Assembly (NCBI GenBank): GCA_046758365.1
Contig: JBHIAC010000030.1
Coordinates: 1-26,262 of the forward strand
Direction: 5' to 3'
Source: a bacterium
GTDB lineage: Bacteria > Zhuqueibacterota > Zhuqueibacteria > Oceanimicrobiales > Oceanimicrobiaceae
DNA: 26,262 bases
Shown: in pieces, positions 9,887 to 18,213 of the stretch
Numbering within the stretch: the stretch's first letter is position 1
Layout of the letters: every line of letters starts with the position of its first letter
Program-made: the position numbers and the translations under genes
The notes under the pieces: generated by a model
Told to the model about the DNA's origin: nothing
The model's input: only the letters and a program-made list of their open reading frames with translations
The model's database searches: none

Positions 9887-9960
9887 TTCGTACTTTAATG
9901 GTTAAATTTTATTTGTTTTTTTATACCTTTTTTAAATTTTGAAGTTCCGAGGTTAAGATA

Positions 9961-10677
9961 TTAAGAAGACCAAGTTTTTAATTCAAATTTATTGTCAGAG
10001 AATTCTAGAAATGTAAAACTCTTTATCCATTCTCCCAAATTTATATAATATTTAGAGTTAATTTTTTCGAATAGAAGTTTATGGGTATGTCCTAAAATTA
10101 CACCATCAAATCCTTGACTTAATTTTGCTAAAGCAAAATTGCGATAATCCTCATCATGAGGATTTTCACCCTTCTCCTCACTTATTTTAGAGATGAACTT
10201 TGCTAAAGTTATTCCTACGTCTGGATGAATAAGACTGTATAAAAAAATATTGACTCGATTTTTGAATATTCGTTTCAAAATTCTAAATCCCCAATCTCCT
10301 ATGGCCAAGCCATCTCCATGAGCAATGAAAAGATTTTGAGAGTTGTGCTTGACTGCCAAAGGCTTATGATATATTTTTATCCCTATTTCATGTTCCAAAA
10401 AGCTCCCAAGCCAATAATCATGATTTCCAGCAAAGTAACGAATCTCAGTTCCGGCCTCAACTAACTGATTCAATTTAGACAAAACTTTCAGGCTCACTTT
10501 TGGTATGGCTTTGCGATATTCAAACCAAAAGTCAAAAAGATCGCCTACGATATAAAAAAGATCGGCTTTTTTATGTATAAAATTGAAGAAAGTAAGTAAC
10601 CTTTCTTTTTTGATTATTTCTATCTCTTGGGTGTGAGCACCTAAATGGACATCTGAGATGAAATAGATTTTTTCCAT
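9961..10677 (-). CDS. lpxH: UDP-2,3-diacylglucosamine diphosphatase (LpxH-like metallophosphoesterase); probable start ATG 10677
   Basis: Motifs FISDVHLG, GDLFDFWFEY, GNHD, HGDG, GHTH and YINLGEW. Confidence 0.85.
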   Translation of the reverse strand: MEKIYFISDVHLGAHTQEIEIIKKERLLTFFNFIHKKADLFYIVGDLFDFWFEYRKAIPKVSLKVLSKLNQLVEAGTEIRYFAGNHDYWLGSFLEHEIGIKIYHKPLAVKHNSQNLFIAHGDGLAIGDWGFRILKRIFKNRVNIFLYSLIHPDVGITLAKFISKISEEKGENPHDEDYRNFALAKLSQGFDGVILGHTHKLLFEKINSKYYINLGEWIKSFTFLEFSDNKFELKTWSS

Positions 10678-10684
10678 GAAAAAA

Positions 10685-10713
10685 AATTTAGCCATTATTA
10701 ATTTAAAAAGCAA
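10685..10713 (-). promoter_or_regulatory. Putative promoter for lpxH-PBP1A, possibly giving a leaderless mRNA
   Basis: Minus strand: TTGCTT (10713-10708), 17 bp, TAAATT (10690-10685). The ATG lies 7 nt after the -10 box and has no SD sequence. Confidence 0.55.
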
Positions 10714-10727
10714 GATTTTTGATGTTA

Positions 10728-10889
10728 TGACGTTGGTGCAAAAGCAGGGTAATTTTAACTTTTAGCAATCTTGAATTCAATAATTAGGATGTGAGATTTG
10801 TATCCCGTTGGATAAATATCCTACGGGATCTATCCAACGTCCTTTACAACTTAATATTTTTAGATACCTACCTTTTTGCACCTACGTCA
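10728..10889. mobile_element. Miniature inverted-repeat element (MITE-like), copy 1, 162 bp
   Basis: Terminal inverted repeats TGACGTTGGTGCAAAA / TTTTGCACCTACGTCA (15/16 match), flanked by direct repeat TGTTA (10723-10727 and 10890-10894). One end is 54/61 identical to 22740-22800 in inverted orientation. Confidence 0.8.
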
Positions 10890-10925
10890 TGTTATAGTGT
10901 TTGTGGCACTTGTCGGAAAAAAGTG

Positions 10926-10963
10926 TTGACAATCTTGAAAAGATTTATTATTTTGTTTATAAT
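10926..10963 (+). promoter_or_regulatory. Overlapping putative sigma70 promoters upstream of ispE
   Basis: TTGACA (10926-10931)-17-TATTTT and TTGAAA (10935-10940)-17-TATAAT (10958-10963). Confidence 0.55.
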
Positions 10964-11036
10964 TAATGAAGAGAAATTTCAAAAACAAATTAATTATTAC
11001 TTCTGGAAAAATTTAAAGAGATTTAAGAAAAAAGAT

Positions 11037-11070
11037 AGACTCCACAGAAATGTGGAGTTTTTATTTATTT
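11037..11070 (+). terminator. Terminator-like hairpin immediately upstream of ispE
   Basis: ACTCCACA-GAAA-TGTGGAGT followed by TTTTATTTATTT. Confidence 0.5.
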
Positions 11071-11073
11071 GAA

Positions 11074-11949
11074 ATGAAGTTGCTAAGGTTACCTTCTTAT
11101 GCGAAAATAAATTTTGGTTTAATCATCAAAGGTAAACGAAGAGACGGTTTTCACGAAATAGAGACCATTCTTCAGCAAATTGATTTGAAAGATGAAATAA
11201 AATTAGAAGCCAAAGAAGAGCCTGTAATAAAATTTTATTGTGATAATTCAACCATACCCACTGGAAATTCTAACTTATGTGTTCGTGCTGCTTACCTTCT
11301 AAAGCAAAGTGTGGGTGTGCGCAAAGGAGTTGAAATTGTATTAAAAAAGTCAATTCCCGCTGGTGCTGGCTTAGGCGGTGGAAGTAGCAATGGTGCTGTG
11401 GTACTGCTTGGGCTAAATAAATTATGGAACTTGAACCTAAAACCTGAGAGGCTTCAAGTCCTGGCTTCCCAATTAGGTTCAGATGTGCCATTTTTTATCC
11501 ATGGTGGAGCGGCGCTAGCGCAGGGAAAGGGAGAGATTCTCATACCCTTAAAGTTCCAAGACGATTTTACCATATTGATAGTTTTTCCCCAAATTACTGT
11601 CTCAACCCAATGGGCCTATGGACAGGTGAATTTAAGCTTGACAATAAAGAAAAAAAATATTAAATTAAACCGTTTAAAAGACATGAATTATCTGGATGCC
11701 GATTTCCTTACTGTACTACAAAATGAATTGGAAGCAATTGTATTTAAACGGTATCCAATTCTTAGATTAATTAAAAAAGAGTTGTATCGTAGAGATGCCA
11801 TTTTTGTAGGCATGTCGGGGTCAGGTTCCGCCATATTTGGGATTTTTAGGAATGAAAGTAAAGCCTTGGAGCTAAAAGAATTCTTTCGAGATCGTTACCC
11901 TGCTTATATTACACGGCCTATACGGTGGGGATTTGGGCAATTGAATTAG
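11074..11949 (+). CDS. ispE: 4-diphosphocytidyl-2-C-methyl-D-erythritol kinase (probable start ATG 11074)
   Basis: Motifs AKINFGL.I.GKRRDGFHEIET, IPAGAGLGGGSS, LGSDVPFF and MSGSGS. Confidence 0.95.
   Translation: MKLLRLPSYAKINFGLIIKGKRRDGFHEIETILQQIDLKDEIKLEAKEEPVIKFYCDNSTIPTGNSNLCVRAAYLLKQSVGVRKGVEIVLKKSIPAGAGLGGGSSNGAVVLLGLNKLWNLNLKPERLQVLASQLGSDVPFFIHGGAALAQGKGEILIPLKFQDDFTILIVFPQITVSTQWAYGQVNLSLTIKKKNIKLNRLKDMNYLDADFLTVLQNELEAIVFKRYPILRLIKKELYRRDAIFVGMSGSGSAIFGIFRNESKALELKEFFRDRYPAYITRPIRWGFGQLN
11638..11666 (+). promoter_or_regulatory. Putative internal promoter within ispE driving spoVG-tRNA-prs and downstream genes
   Basis: TTGACA (11638-11643), 17-bp A-rich spacer, TAAATT (11661-11666). 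Confidence 0.6.
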
Positions 11950-12027
11950 GAGTTCGATTTAATATTATGATCGGCCTCTAGGCTCTTAAAGGATTAATCA
12001 TATAATTTCATTTCTTATGAGGGAGGC

Positions 12028-12345
12028 ATGGAGATAACAGAGATTACCATCAGCTTGAGGAATGAGGAAAAATTGAAAGCCTTCGTTAATGTCACTTTTG
12101 ACGATGTATTTGTAGTTCGGGGCATGAAGGTGATAAAGGGAAACAACGGTTATTTTGTTAGTATGCCTAGTCGAAAATTGACCGATGGCTCTTATCGGGA
12201 TATTGCACATCCCATCCGAAATGAATTTCGACAAAAATTAGAAAAAGAGATTTTATTAGAATATCAAAAAATTTTAGAGCAAGAAGGTGGTGAATTTTTA
12301 GAAGAATTTGAAAACGTCAAGAAAAGTCTAGAAGAATTAACATAA
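12028..12345 (+). CDS. spoVG: SpoVG family nucleic-acid-binding protein
   Basis: MEITEI..LKAFVNVTFDDVFVVRGMKVI.G..G.FVSMPSRK..DG.YRDIAHPI; strong RBS GAGGGAGG. Confidence 0.95.
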   Translation: MEITEITISLRNEEKLKAFVNVTFDDVFVVRGMKVIKGNNGYFVSMPSRKLTDGSYRDIAHPIRNEFRQKLEKEILLEYQKILEQEGGEFLEEFENVKKSLEELT

Positions 12346-12359
12346 TAACATTTCCTGAC

Positions 12360-12431
12360 TGGGGCGTCGCCAAGCGGCAAGGCACGGGGTTTTGGTCCCC
12401 GCATGCGGAGGTTCGAATCCTCCCGCCCCAG
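12360..12431 (+). tRNA. tRNA-Gln(TTG); CCA end not encoded
   Basis: Acceptor stem TGGGGCG/CGCCCCA, D-arm GCC-AAGCGGCAA-GGC, anticodon arm CGGGG-TTTTGGT-CCCCG, T-arm GGAGG-TTCGAAT-CCTCC. Located in the usual ispE-tRNA-Gln-prs context. Confidence 0.97.
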
Positions 12432-12460
12432 CAGAAAGTCATATAATAAAATAATAATAT

Positions 12461-12491
12461 GACGGAATCCAACTCGGGTTACCGTCTTTTT
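12461..12491 (+). terminator. Putative intrinsic terminator or processing hairpin after tRNA-Gln
   Basis: GACGGAATCC-AACTC-GGGTT(A)CCGTC followed by TTTTT. Confidence 0.55.
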
Positions 12492-12512
12492 CTATGTCTC
12501 AAAGAATCAATT

Positions 12513-13448
12513 ATGTTACCAAGTCCAAAATTATTTTCTGGAAACTCCAATAGAGTTTTAGCTGAAAAAATCGCTGACTATTTGCAAATCCCTTTAGGAG
12601 CGGCAAAGATTAGTTACTTCAGCGATGGTGAAATATGGGTAAAATATAATGAAAATATCCGCGGCGCTGACGTTTTTATCATTCAGGCCACTAATTCCCC
12701 ACCACAAAACATGTTAGAACTTCTTATTATGATCGACGCTGCCAGAAGAGCCTCTGCTGAAAAAATTACAGCGGTCATTCCTTATTTTGGTTATGCGCGC
12801 CAGGATCGTAAAGACCAGCCACGGGTATCGATCACAGCAAAATTAATAGCGAATCTTATTACAACGGCTGGTGCGAATCGCGTCCTTACCATGGACCTTC
12901 ATGCACCCCAAATACAAGGCTTTTTTGATATTCCTGTAGATCATTTATATGCTGCAACGATCTTTTGCGATTATTATCGTGATATGAAGGTACCTAATTT
13001 AACCGTGGTGTCCCCAGATATTGGAGGTATACCTTTAGCAAGAGCTTATGCCAAACGATTAAATGCTCCATTGGCTCTTATCGATAAGCGCCGGCCCAAG
13101 CACAATGAAGCAGAGATTTTGCATATCATAGGGGATGTAAATGGTAGAAATATTCTTATTATCGACGATATAGTAGATACAGCCGGCACATTAAGTCAAG
13201 CCGCCACCGCTTTAAAGCAGAATAATGCTCTTGATATTTTTGTTGCTTGTACTCATCCTATTCTTTCGGGGCCGGCTATTAAACGTCTTTCGGAAGCCCC
13301 TATTACTAAAATAACAGTGACCGATACAATTTTTTTACCACCTGAAAAGCAAATTGAAAAAATTGAAGTTCTTACAGCGTCAGGACTTTTTGGTGAGGCC
13401 ATAAAAAGAATACATGGTGAAGAATCTATAAGTTCTTTGTTTGATTAA
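12513..13448 (+). CDS. prs: Ribose-phosphate pyrophosphokinase (probable start ATG 12513)
   Basis: Motifs FSDGE, VIPYFGYARQDRK, DLHAPQIQGFFDIPVDHL, IIDDIVDTAGT and SISSLFD. Confidence 0.97.
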   Translation: MLPSPKLFSGNSNRVLAEKIADYLQIPLGAAKISYFSDGEIWVKYNENIRGADVFIIQATNSPPQNMLELLIMIDAARRASAEKITAVIPYFGYARQDRKDQPRVSITAKLIANLITTAGANRVLTMDLHAPQIQGFFDIPVDHLYAATIFCDYYRDMKVPNLTVVSPDIGGIPLARAYAKRLNAPLALIDKRRPKHNEAEILHIIGDVNGRNILIIDDIVDTAGTLSQAATALKQNNALDIFVACTHPILSGPAIKRLSEAPITKITVTDTIFLPPEKQIEKIEVLTASGLFGEAIKRIHGEESISSLFD

Positions 13449-13464
13449 GTTTGGAGAATATTGA

Positions 13465-14115
13465 ATGATCGAAAAAGTCATAAATGTTGAAACAAGAAAT
13501 GATATAGGGAAAAAGGCTACTAAGCAATTAAGACGCATAGGAAAAGTACCCGGAATATATTATTTTCATGGGCAAAATTCCATACCCATTTCAATTGATG
13601 AAAAACTTTTAAAAAGTGTTATTCAAGCAGAGACCAATATTTTGGAACTGAAATTTGACAATGGAAACCATTCGAAGTGTGTGATTCGGGAAGTCCAGTG
13701 GGATCCCATTTATGGTAAGCCCCTACATGTGGATTTGATGGGAATAAAACTTACAGAAAAAGTGACAGTTACAGTGCCGATTCATTTTGTTGGTACACCG
13801 GTGGGGGTTAAGCAAAGTGGAGGAATTTTGCAGCTTCTCATTCGTGAAATTGAAGTCGAAGGGTTACCCCTGGAAATTCCAGAACATTTAGAAATAGATG
13901 TTTCCAATTTAGATATTGGTGATACAATTAGGGTGGCGGATATCTCCGTAGAAAAAGTAAAAATTCTCTCCGACCCCTCCCAATCTATCGTTGTGGTTCG
14001 ACCTCCTGTCGTTGTGGTCGAACCCACAGTTGAGGAAGAAGTGGAAGAAGAGGTTGCTGAACCCGATGTGGTTGGTCAGAAAAAAGAGGAAGCTGAAGAG
14101 GAATCTACTGAATAA
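13465..14115 (+). CDS. rplY: 50S ribosomal protein L25 / Ctc (long form, acidic tail)
   Basis: Motifs GKKATKQLRRIGKVPGIYY, EVQWDPI....LHVD and GTPVGVKQSGGIL; prs-rplY-pth synteny. Confidence 0.95.
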   Translation: MIEKVINVETRNDIGKKATKQLRRIGKVPGIYYFHGQNSIPISIDEKLLKSVIQAETNILELKFDNGNHSKCVIREVQWDPIYGKPLHVDLMGIKLTEKVTVTVPIHFVGTPVGVKQSGGILQLLIREIEVEGLPLEIPEHLEIDVSNLDIGDTIRVADISVEKVKILSDPSQSIVVVRPPVVVVEPTVEEEVEEEVAEPDVVGQKKEEAEEESTE

Positions 14116-14157
14116 TTTGGATAATTATAAAAATGGGTGATTGTTGCGTGTTTTTTG

Positions 14158-14721
14158 ATGGACGATTTTTTTTTACTGGTGGGATTGGGTAATCCAGGAG
14201 TCAAATATCAGTTTACTCGCCACAATCTTGGCTTTATGATTGTTGATAAAATTTCTGAACTTCTCCATTCCCCTTTTACTTCTGGAAAAGGAAATTATCT
14301 CATATCAAATACAAAATTCAGAGGGAAAAATGTTGTTTTAACAAAACCGTTGACTTTTGTAAATAGAAGTGGCCTAGCGGTTTTAGATTTAATTAAAAGA
14401 TTTAATATTCCTCTTAGAAACCTCCTCATTATTTTAGACGATTTTAACCTCCCATTTGGAAAATTAAGACTCAGGATGCAAGGCAGTGACGGTGGACACA
14501 ACGGTTTAGCTTCTGTAATCTACCAGCTTAAAAGTGAGGAATTTCCACGGCTAAGGATTGGGATAGGGAGAGAAAAAATTGATGATCCAGTAGAATTTGT
14601 ACTTTCTGACTTTGATAAGAAAGATCAAGAGGGAATTGATATGATTATAAATCATGCAGCCAAAGCGGCTATTGATTTTGTGGTTGAAGGAATTGAAAAA
14701 ACTATGAACAAATATAATTAA
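14158..14721 (+). CDS. pth: Peptidyl-tRNA hydrolase (start ATG 14158 or GTG 14137)
   Basis: Motifs LVGLGNPG.KY..TRHNLGF, KPLTFVNRSG, GSDGGHNGL and RLRIGIG. Confidence 0.96.
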   Translation: MDDFFLLVGLGNPGVKYQFTRHNLGFMIVDKISELLHSPFTSGKGNYLISNTKFRGKNVVLTKPLTFVNRSGLAVLDLIKRFNIPLRNLLIILDDFNLPFGKLRLRMQGSDGGHNGLASVIYQLKSEEFPRLRIGIGREKIDDPVEFVLSDFDKKDQEGIDMIINHAAKAAIDFVVEGIEKTMNKYN

Positions 14722-14744
14722 TTACTTAATTAAGGAGCACATCA

Positions 14745-16775
14745 TTGATAATTATTCCCACTATGGTTAGTTTGATCGCTCTTGGATTTGTGGTATTTTT
14801 AATTTTTGATACATTGAATAAAGATCCTGGCAATTCAAGAATGGTTGAAATTTCTAAGGCAATTCAAGAAGGCGCAAAGGCGTTTCTGAGACGAGAATAT
14901 ATGTATATCGGAAGCTTTGTTTTAGTCATTTCAGGGCTCATTGCCGCGGCACCCTGGTTTGCTGATGTGGGGTTGAACTGGAAGACCTCTGTGGCTTTTA
15001 TTACGGGTGCGGTTGTTTCAGCTTTGGCCGGCTATATTGGGATGAGTATTGCAACGCGAGCCAACAGCCGAACAACCCAAGGAGCCCTCTCTGGTGGGTT
15101 AAAAGGTGCCCTCAGTGTAGCGGTAACTGGTGGTGCGGTGATGGGTATGAGCGTCGTCGGTTTGTCTCTTTTAGGGATTTGTACTCTGTTTGTTATTTTT
15201 AAAGGAAATCCAACCATTATTAACGGCTATGCAATGGGAGCCAGCTTAGTTGCCTTATTTGCTCGCAGTGGCGGTGGAATATTTACCAAAGGCGCTGATA
15301 TGGGCGCAGATTTGGTAGGCAAAGTCGAAGCAGGTATTCCAGAAGACGATCCAAGAAATCCCGCCGTCATTGCAGACAATGTAGGTGATAATGTCGGAGA
15401 TGTGGCCGGATTGGGAGCTGATCTTTTGGAATCTTATGTTGAATCTATTATTGCTGCTCTGGCTATTGCGGCAGCCATTGGATTGGCAACTGCAAATAAT
15501 ATGTTAGGTCCGCTTCAACTCTTACCATTATATATTGCCAGTGCGGGTATTCTCTCGTCAATTATCGGTATCCTCTATGTTCGTATTGCAGGACGTTCGA
15601 ATCCTCAAGGTGCTTTAATGGGCGGGACCTATATTAGCGCTATTTTGACCGCCGTAGCTACTTTTGTGATAGTCAAAAAATTTGGAAGTCCTTATACAGA
15701 AGATTCTGTTGCCTATTCCGCTATGGGTCCATTTTACGCTACCGTCTCGGGTGTAATATCAGGTATGTTAATTGGTTTTATAACAGAATATTTTACATCT
15801 GGAAAATATAGACCGGTGCGGAGATTAGCTGAAGATTCCCAAAGCGGTCCAGCATTAACGGTTACAGGTGGCATATCTGTAGGTATGGCATCAACGGTTG
15901 TACCGGTGATTGCTTTGGCTATTGCAGTTATGATTGCTTATCATTTTGCAGGAATTTATGGAGTAGCTATGGCGGCTTTTGGTATGCTGGCCACCACCGG
16001 TATTGTGGTAGCGGTCGATTCCTATGGGCCCATTGCTGATAATGCGGGTGGTATCGCTGAGATGGCTGAATTGGATCCATCTGTACGTAATATTACTGAC
16101 AATTTGGATGCCGTTGGTAATACTACCGCTGCTATGGGGAAAGGCTTTGCTATAGGTTCCGCTGCCTTTGCAGCTCTTGGGCTTCTTGTCGCTTATATGA
16201 AATCTGCTAATGTAGGGGTAGCTGACATTAAAGATCCAAAAGTTTTAGCTGGCCTTCTAATTGGTGGTATGATGCCGTTTCTTATATCATCTATGCTCTT
16301 TAAAGCCGTAAGTAAAGCAGCTTTCAAAACAATAGAGGAAGTACGTCGTCAGTTTAAAGAAATACCCGGTCTTATGGAAGGTAAGGTCTTACCGGATTCT
16401 GCGAAATGTGTAGACATTAGCACCGTTGGGGCTATTCAAGGGATGCTTGTACCCGGAACTATGGCCATTATAACGCCGGTTGTGGTTGGGCTTGCCCTTG
16501 GACCTCATGCTTTAGCTGGTCTATTGATCGGGGCCGTAGTAACAGGTGTGGTGCTGGGTATTCAAATGGCCAATTCAGGAGGTGCCATGGATAACGCCAA
16601 AAAATATATAGAAGAAGGTAATTTCGGTGGTAAAGGCTCTGATACCCACAAAGCTGCTGTCATTGGTGATACTGTCGGCGACCCTTTAAAAGATACTGTT
16701 GGACCTTCCATTAATATTCTTATCAAATTAATGGCAGTTATTTCATTAGTTTTGGCGCCAATTTTTATTAAATGA
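14745..16775 (+). CDS. hppA: Membrane-integral K+-dependent (probably Na+-translocating) pyrophosphatase
   Basis: Motifs [62 protein letters not shown] (Ala indicates K+ dependence) and [20 protein letters not shown] precedes the TTG start. Confidence 0.95.
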   Translation: MIIIPTMVSLIALGFVVFLIFDTLNKDPGNSRMVEISKAIQEGAKAFLRREYMYIGSFVLVISGLIAAAPWFADVGLNWKTSVAFITGAVVSALAGYIGMSIATRANSRTTQGALSGGLKGALSVAVTGGAVMGMSVVGLSLLGICTLFVIFKGNPTIINGYAMGASLVALFARSGGGIFTKGADMGADLVGKVEAGIPEDDPRNPAVIADNVGDNVGDVAGLGADLLESYVESIIAALAIAAAIGLATANNMLGPLQLLPLYIASAGILSSIIGILYVRIAGRSNPQGALMGGTYISAILTAVATFVIVKKFGSPYTEDSVAYSAMGPFYATVSGVISGMLIGFITEYFTSGKYRPVRRLAEDSQSGPALTVTGGISVGMASTVVPVIALAIAVMIAYHFAGIYGVAMAAFGMLATTGIVVAVDSYGPIADNAGGIAEMAELDPSVRNITDNLDAVGNTTAAMGKGFAIGSAAFAALGLLVAYMKSANVGVADIKDPKVLAGLLIGGMMPFLISSMLFKAVSKAAFKTIEEVRRQFKEIPGLMEGKVLPDSAKCVDISTVGAIQGMLVPGTMAIITPVVVGLALGPHALAGLLIGAVVTGVVLGIQMANSGGAMDNAKKYIEEGNFGGKGSDTHKAAVIGDTVGDPLKDTVGPSINILIKLMAVISLVLAPIFIK

Positions 16776-16797
16776 TATTAAGGAGGTGAAATTTATA

Positions 16798-17259
16798 TTG
16801 CGATTATATGAGACAACTATAGTAATTGATTCTTTTCTGAAGTCTGAAGACATGCAAAATTTAGTAAATAAAATCCAGAACTTTTTAAAAAATAACGGAG
16901 GAGAAATCAGTAAAATTGAAGAATGGGGTAAAAAACGTTTAGCTTATGAAATTAACCGTAAACAATATGGAAATTACGTGCATATTCTTTTTGAAGGGCC
17001 AAGCAGTTTACCTCAATTATTGGAACGTGAATACCGGTTAGAAGAATCCATTCTTAGATACTTAACTGTTCAAACTAATCCAAAGATATTGACAATAAAA
17101 GAAAAAGAAAAAGTACGCACACCCAATAAACACATAGAGCCAAGCATTGATTATTCAATTCAGGAATCTATACAGGAATCTATAACAGATGACGACTTGT
17201 CAATTGATGAAGATGGCGATTTGAGTAAAGGAGAAATAGAAGATAAGGAGACCAGGTAA
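16798..17259 (+). CDS. rpsF: 30S ribosomal protein S6 with long acidic C-terminal tail (probable start TTG 16798)
   Basis: Motifs RLYETTIVI, EEWGKKRLAYEI and ILRYLTV; RBS AGGAGGTG at 16780-16787. Confidence 0.95.
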   Translation: MRLYETTIVIDSFLKSEDMQNLVNKIQNFLKNNGGEISKIEEWGKKRLAYEINRKQYGNYVHILFEGPSSLPQLLEREYRLEESILRYLTVQTNPKILTIKEKEKVRTPNKHIEPSIDYSIQESIQESITDDDLSIDEDGDLSKGEIEDKETR

Positions 17260-17365
17260 ATAAAAGAACGGCTTTGGCCAGGTTGTGCATAAAAAAATGG
17301 ATAGCTTTCGGTGTTTTATTATGATCACTAACGTGCCATCTGTGTTGAGATTGGAGGGAGAGAAA

Positions 17366-17902
17366 ATGTTAAATTTAAAAATGCCAGATATAAATAGTGT
17401 AATGATTGCGGGTAACCTAACGAGTGACCCATCCTTAAGGAAAACAAACAATGGTACCCCAGTTACAAATTTTTATATCGCTTCTAATCGAAAGTTTAAA
17501 GATAATTCGGGTCAATGGAGAGAAAATGTATGTTTTGTCGGCGTGGTAGCCTGGTACAAATTAGCTGAGAGTTGTTTTGAATATCTGAAAAAAGGTTCTG
17601 CGGTCCTTGTTGAAGGCGAGTTACAAAGCCGTACCTGGAAAAATGAACATGGTAGCACTAATAATGTTGTAGAAATCAAGGCTAGACGAATCCAGTTTCT
17701 GAATCGCCAAGTGAAGAAAGACGAACCAATAATATTAGAAGAACAGGAGGAATTGCTCCCCGATGCTGAATTGGAATCATCTGAGGCAGATTCGAATATA
17801 TCTGAAAAAGTGGAAATAGAAGATGTCAATCAATCCGAACAAAAACAAGAAATATCGAACACTTCCGAATTCGATTTTGGATATGAGGATATTCAATTTT
17901 AA
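17366..17902 (+). CDS. ssb: Single-stranded DNA-binding protein (probable start ATG 17366)
   Basis: OB fold [13 protein letters not shown]..., [18 protein letters not shown]; acidic tail ending EDIQF; rpsF-ssb-rpsR synteny. Confidence 0.93.
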   Translation: MLNLKMPDINSVMIAGNLTSDPSLRKTNNGTPVTNFYIASNRKFKDNSGQWRENVCFVGVVAWYKLAESCFEYLKKGSAVLVEGELQSRTWKNEHGSTNNVVEIKARRIQFLNRQVKKDEPIILEEQEELLPDAELESSEADSNISEKVEIEDVNQSEQKQEISNTSEFDFGYEDIQF

Positions 17903-17922
17903 TAATTAAGGAGTCAATAAAT

Positions 17923-18144
17923 ATGTTCAAAAAAAGAAGGGTCTGCAGATTTTGTGAAGAAGGTGAGTTGATTATCGATTATAAAGATGAAAAAAAACTC
18001 ATGCGTTTTATTACTGAACAGGGAAAAATCATCCCAAGCCGTACTTCTGGTACATGTACGCCTCATCAAAGAATGCTCAAACGGGCCATCAAAAGAGCGA
18101 GACATTTGGCGTTGATGCCATACGGGGCAGAAATGTCAAGGTAA
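17923..18144 (+). CDS. rpsR: 30S ribosomal protein S18 (Zn-binding C+ form)
   Basis: CRFC..., [33 protein letters not shown]. Confidence 0.97.
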   Translation: MFKKRRVCRFCEEGELIIDYKDEKKLMRFITEQGKIIPSRTSGTCTPHQRMLKRAIKRARHLALMPYGAEMSR

Positions 18145-18213
18145 ATAAAATAACAAACTTACTTCACAATTCCCTGAACCTGTTAAATGTAATAGCTATT
18201 TAGGAAAGATTAG

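Noticed and set aside
10791..11072. 93-aa plus-strand ORF in the lpxH-ispE spacer
   Set aside because: It runs across the MITE, promoter boxes and hairpin, has no RBS, and shows low-complexity F/I/K/N composition; likely spurious.
12028..12345. spoVG as evidence of sporulation
   Set aside because: SpoVG is a general nucleic-acid-binding protein found near prs in many non-sporulating bacteria.
17089..17117. TTGACA within rpsF
   Set aside because: No plausible -10 box at 16-18 bp spacing.
17155..17187. 12-bp tandem repeat (SIQE-SIQE-SI) in the S6 tail
   Set aside because: Short in-frame slippage duplication in a variable acidic tail; not an array.
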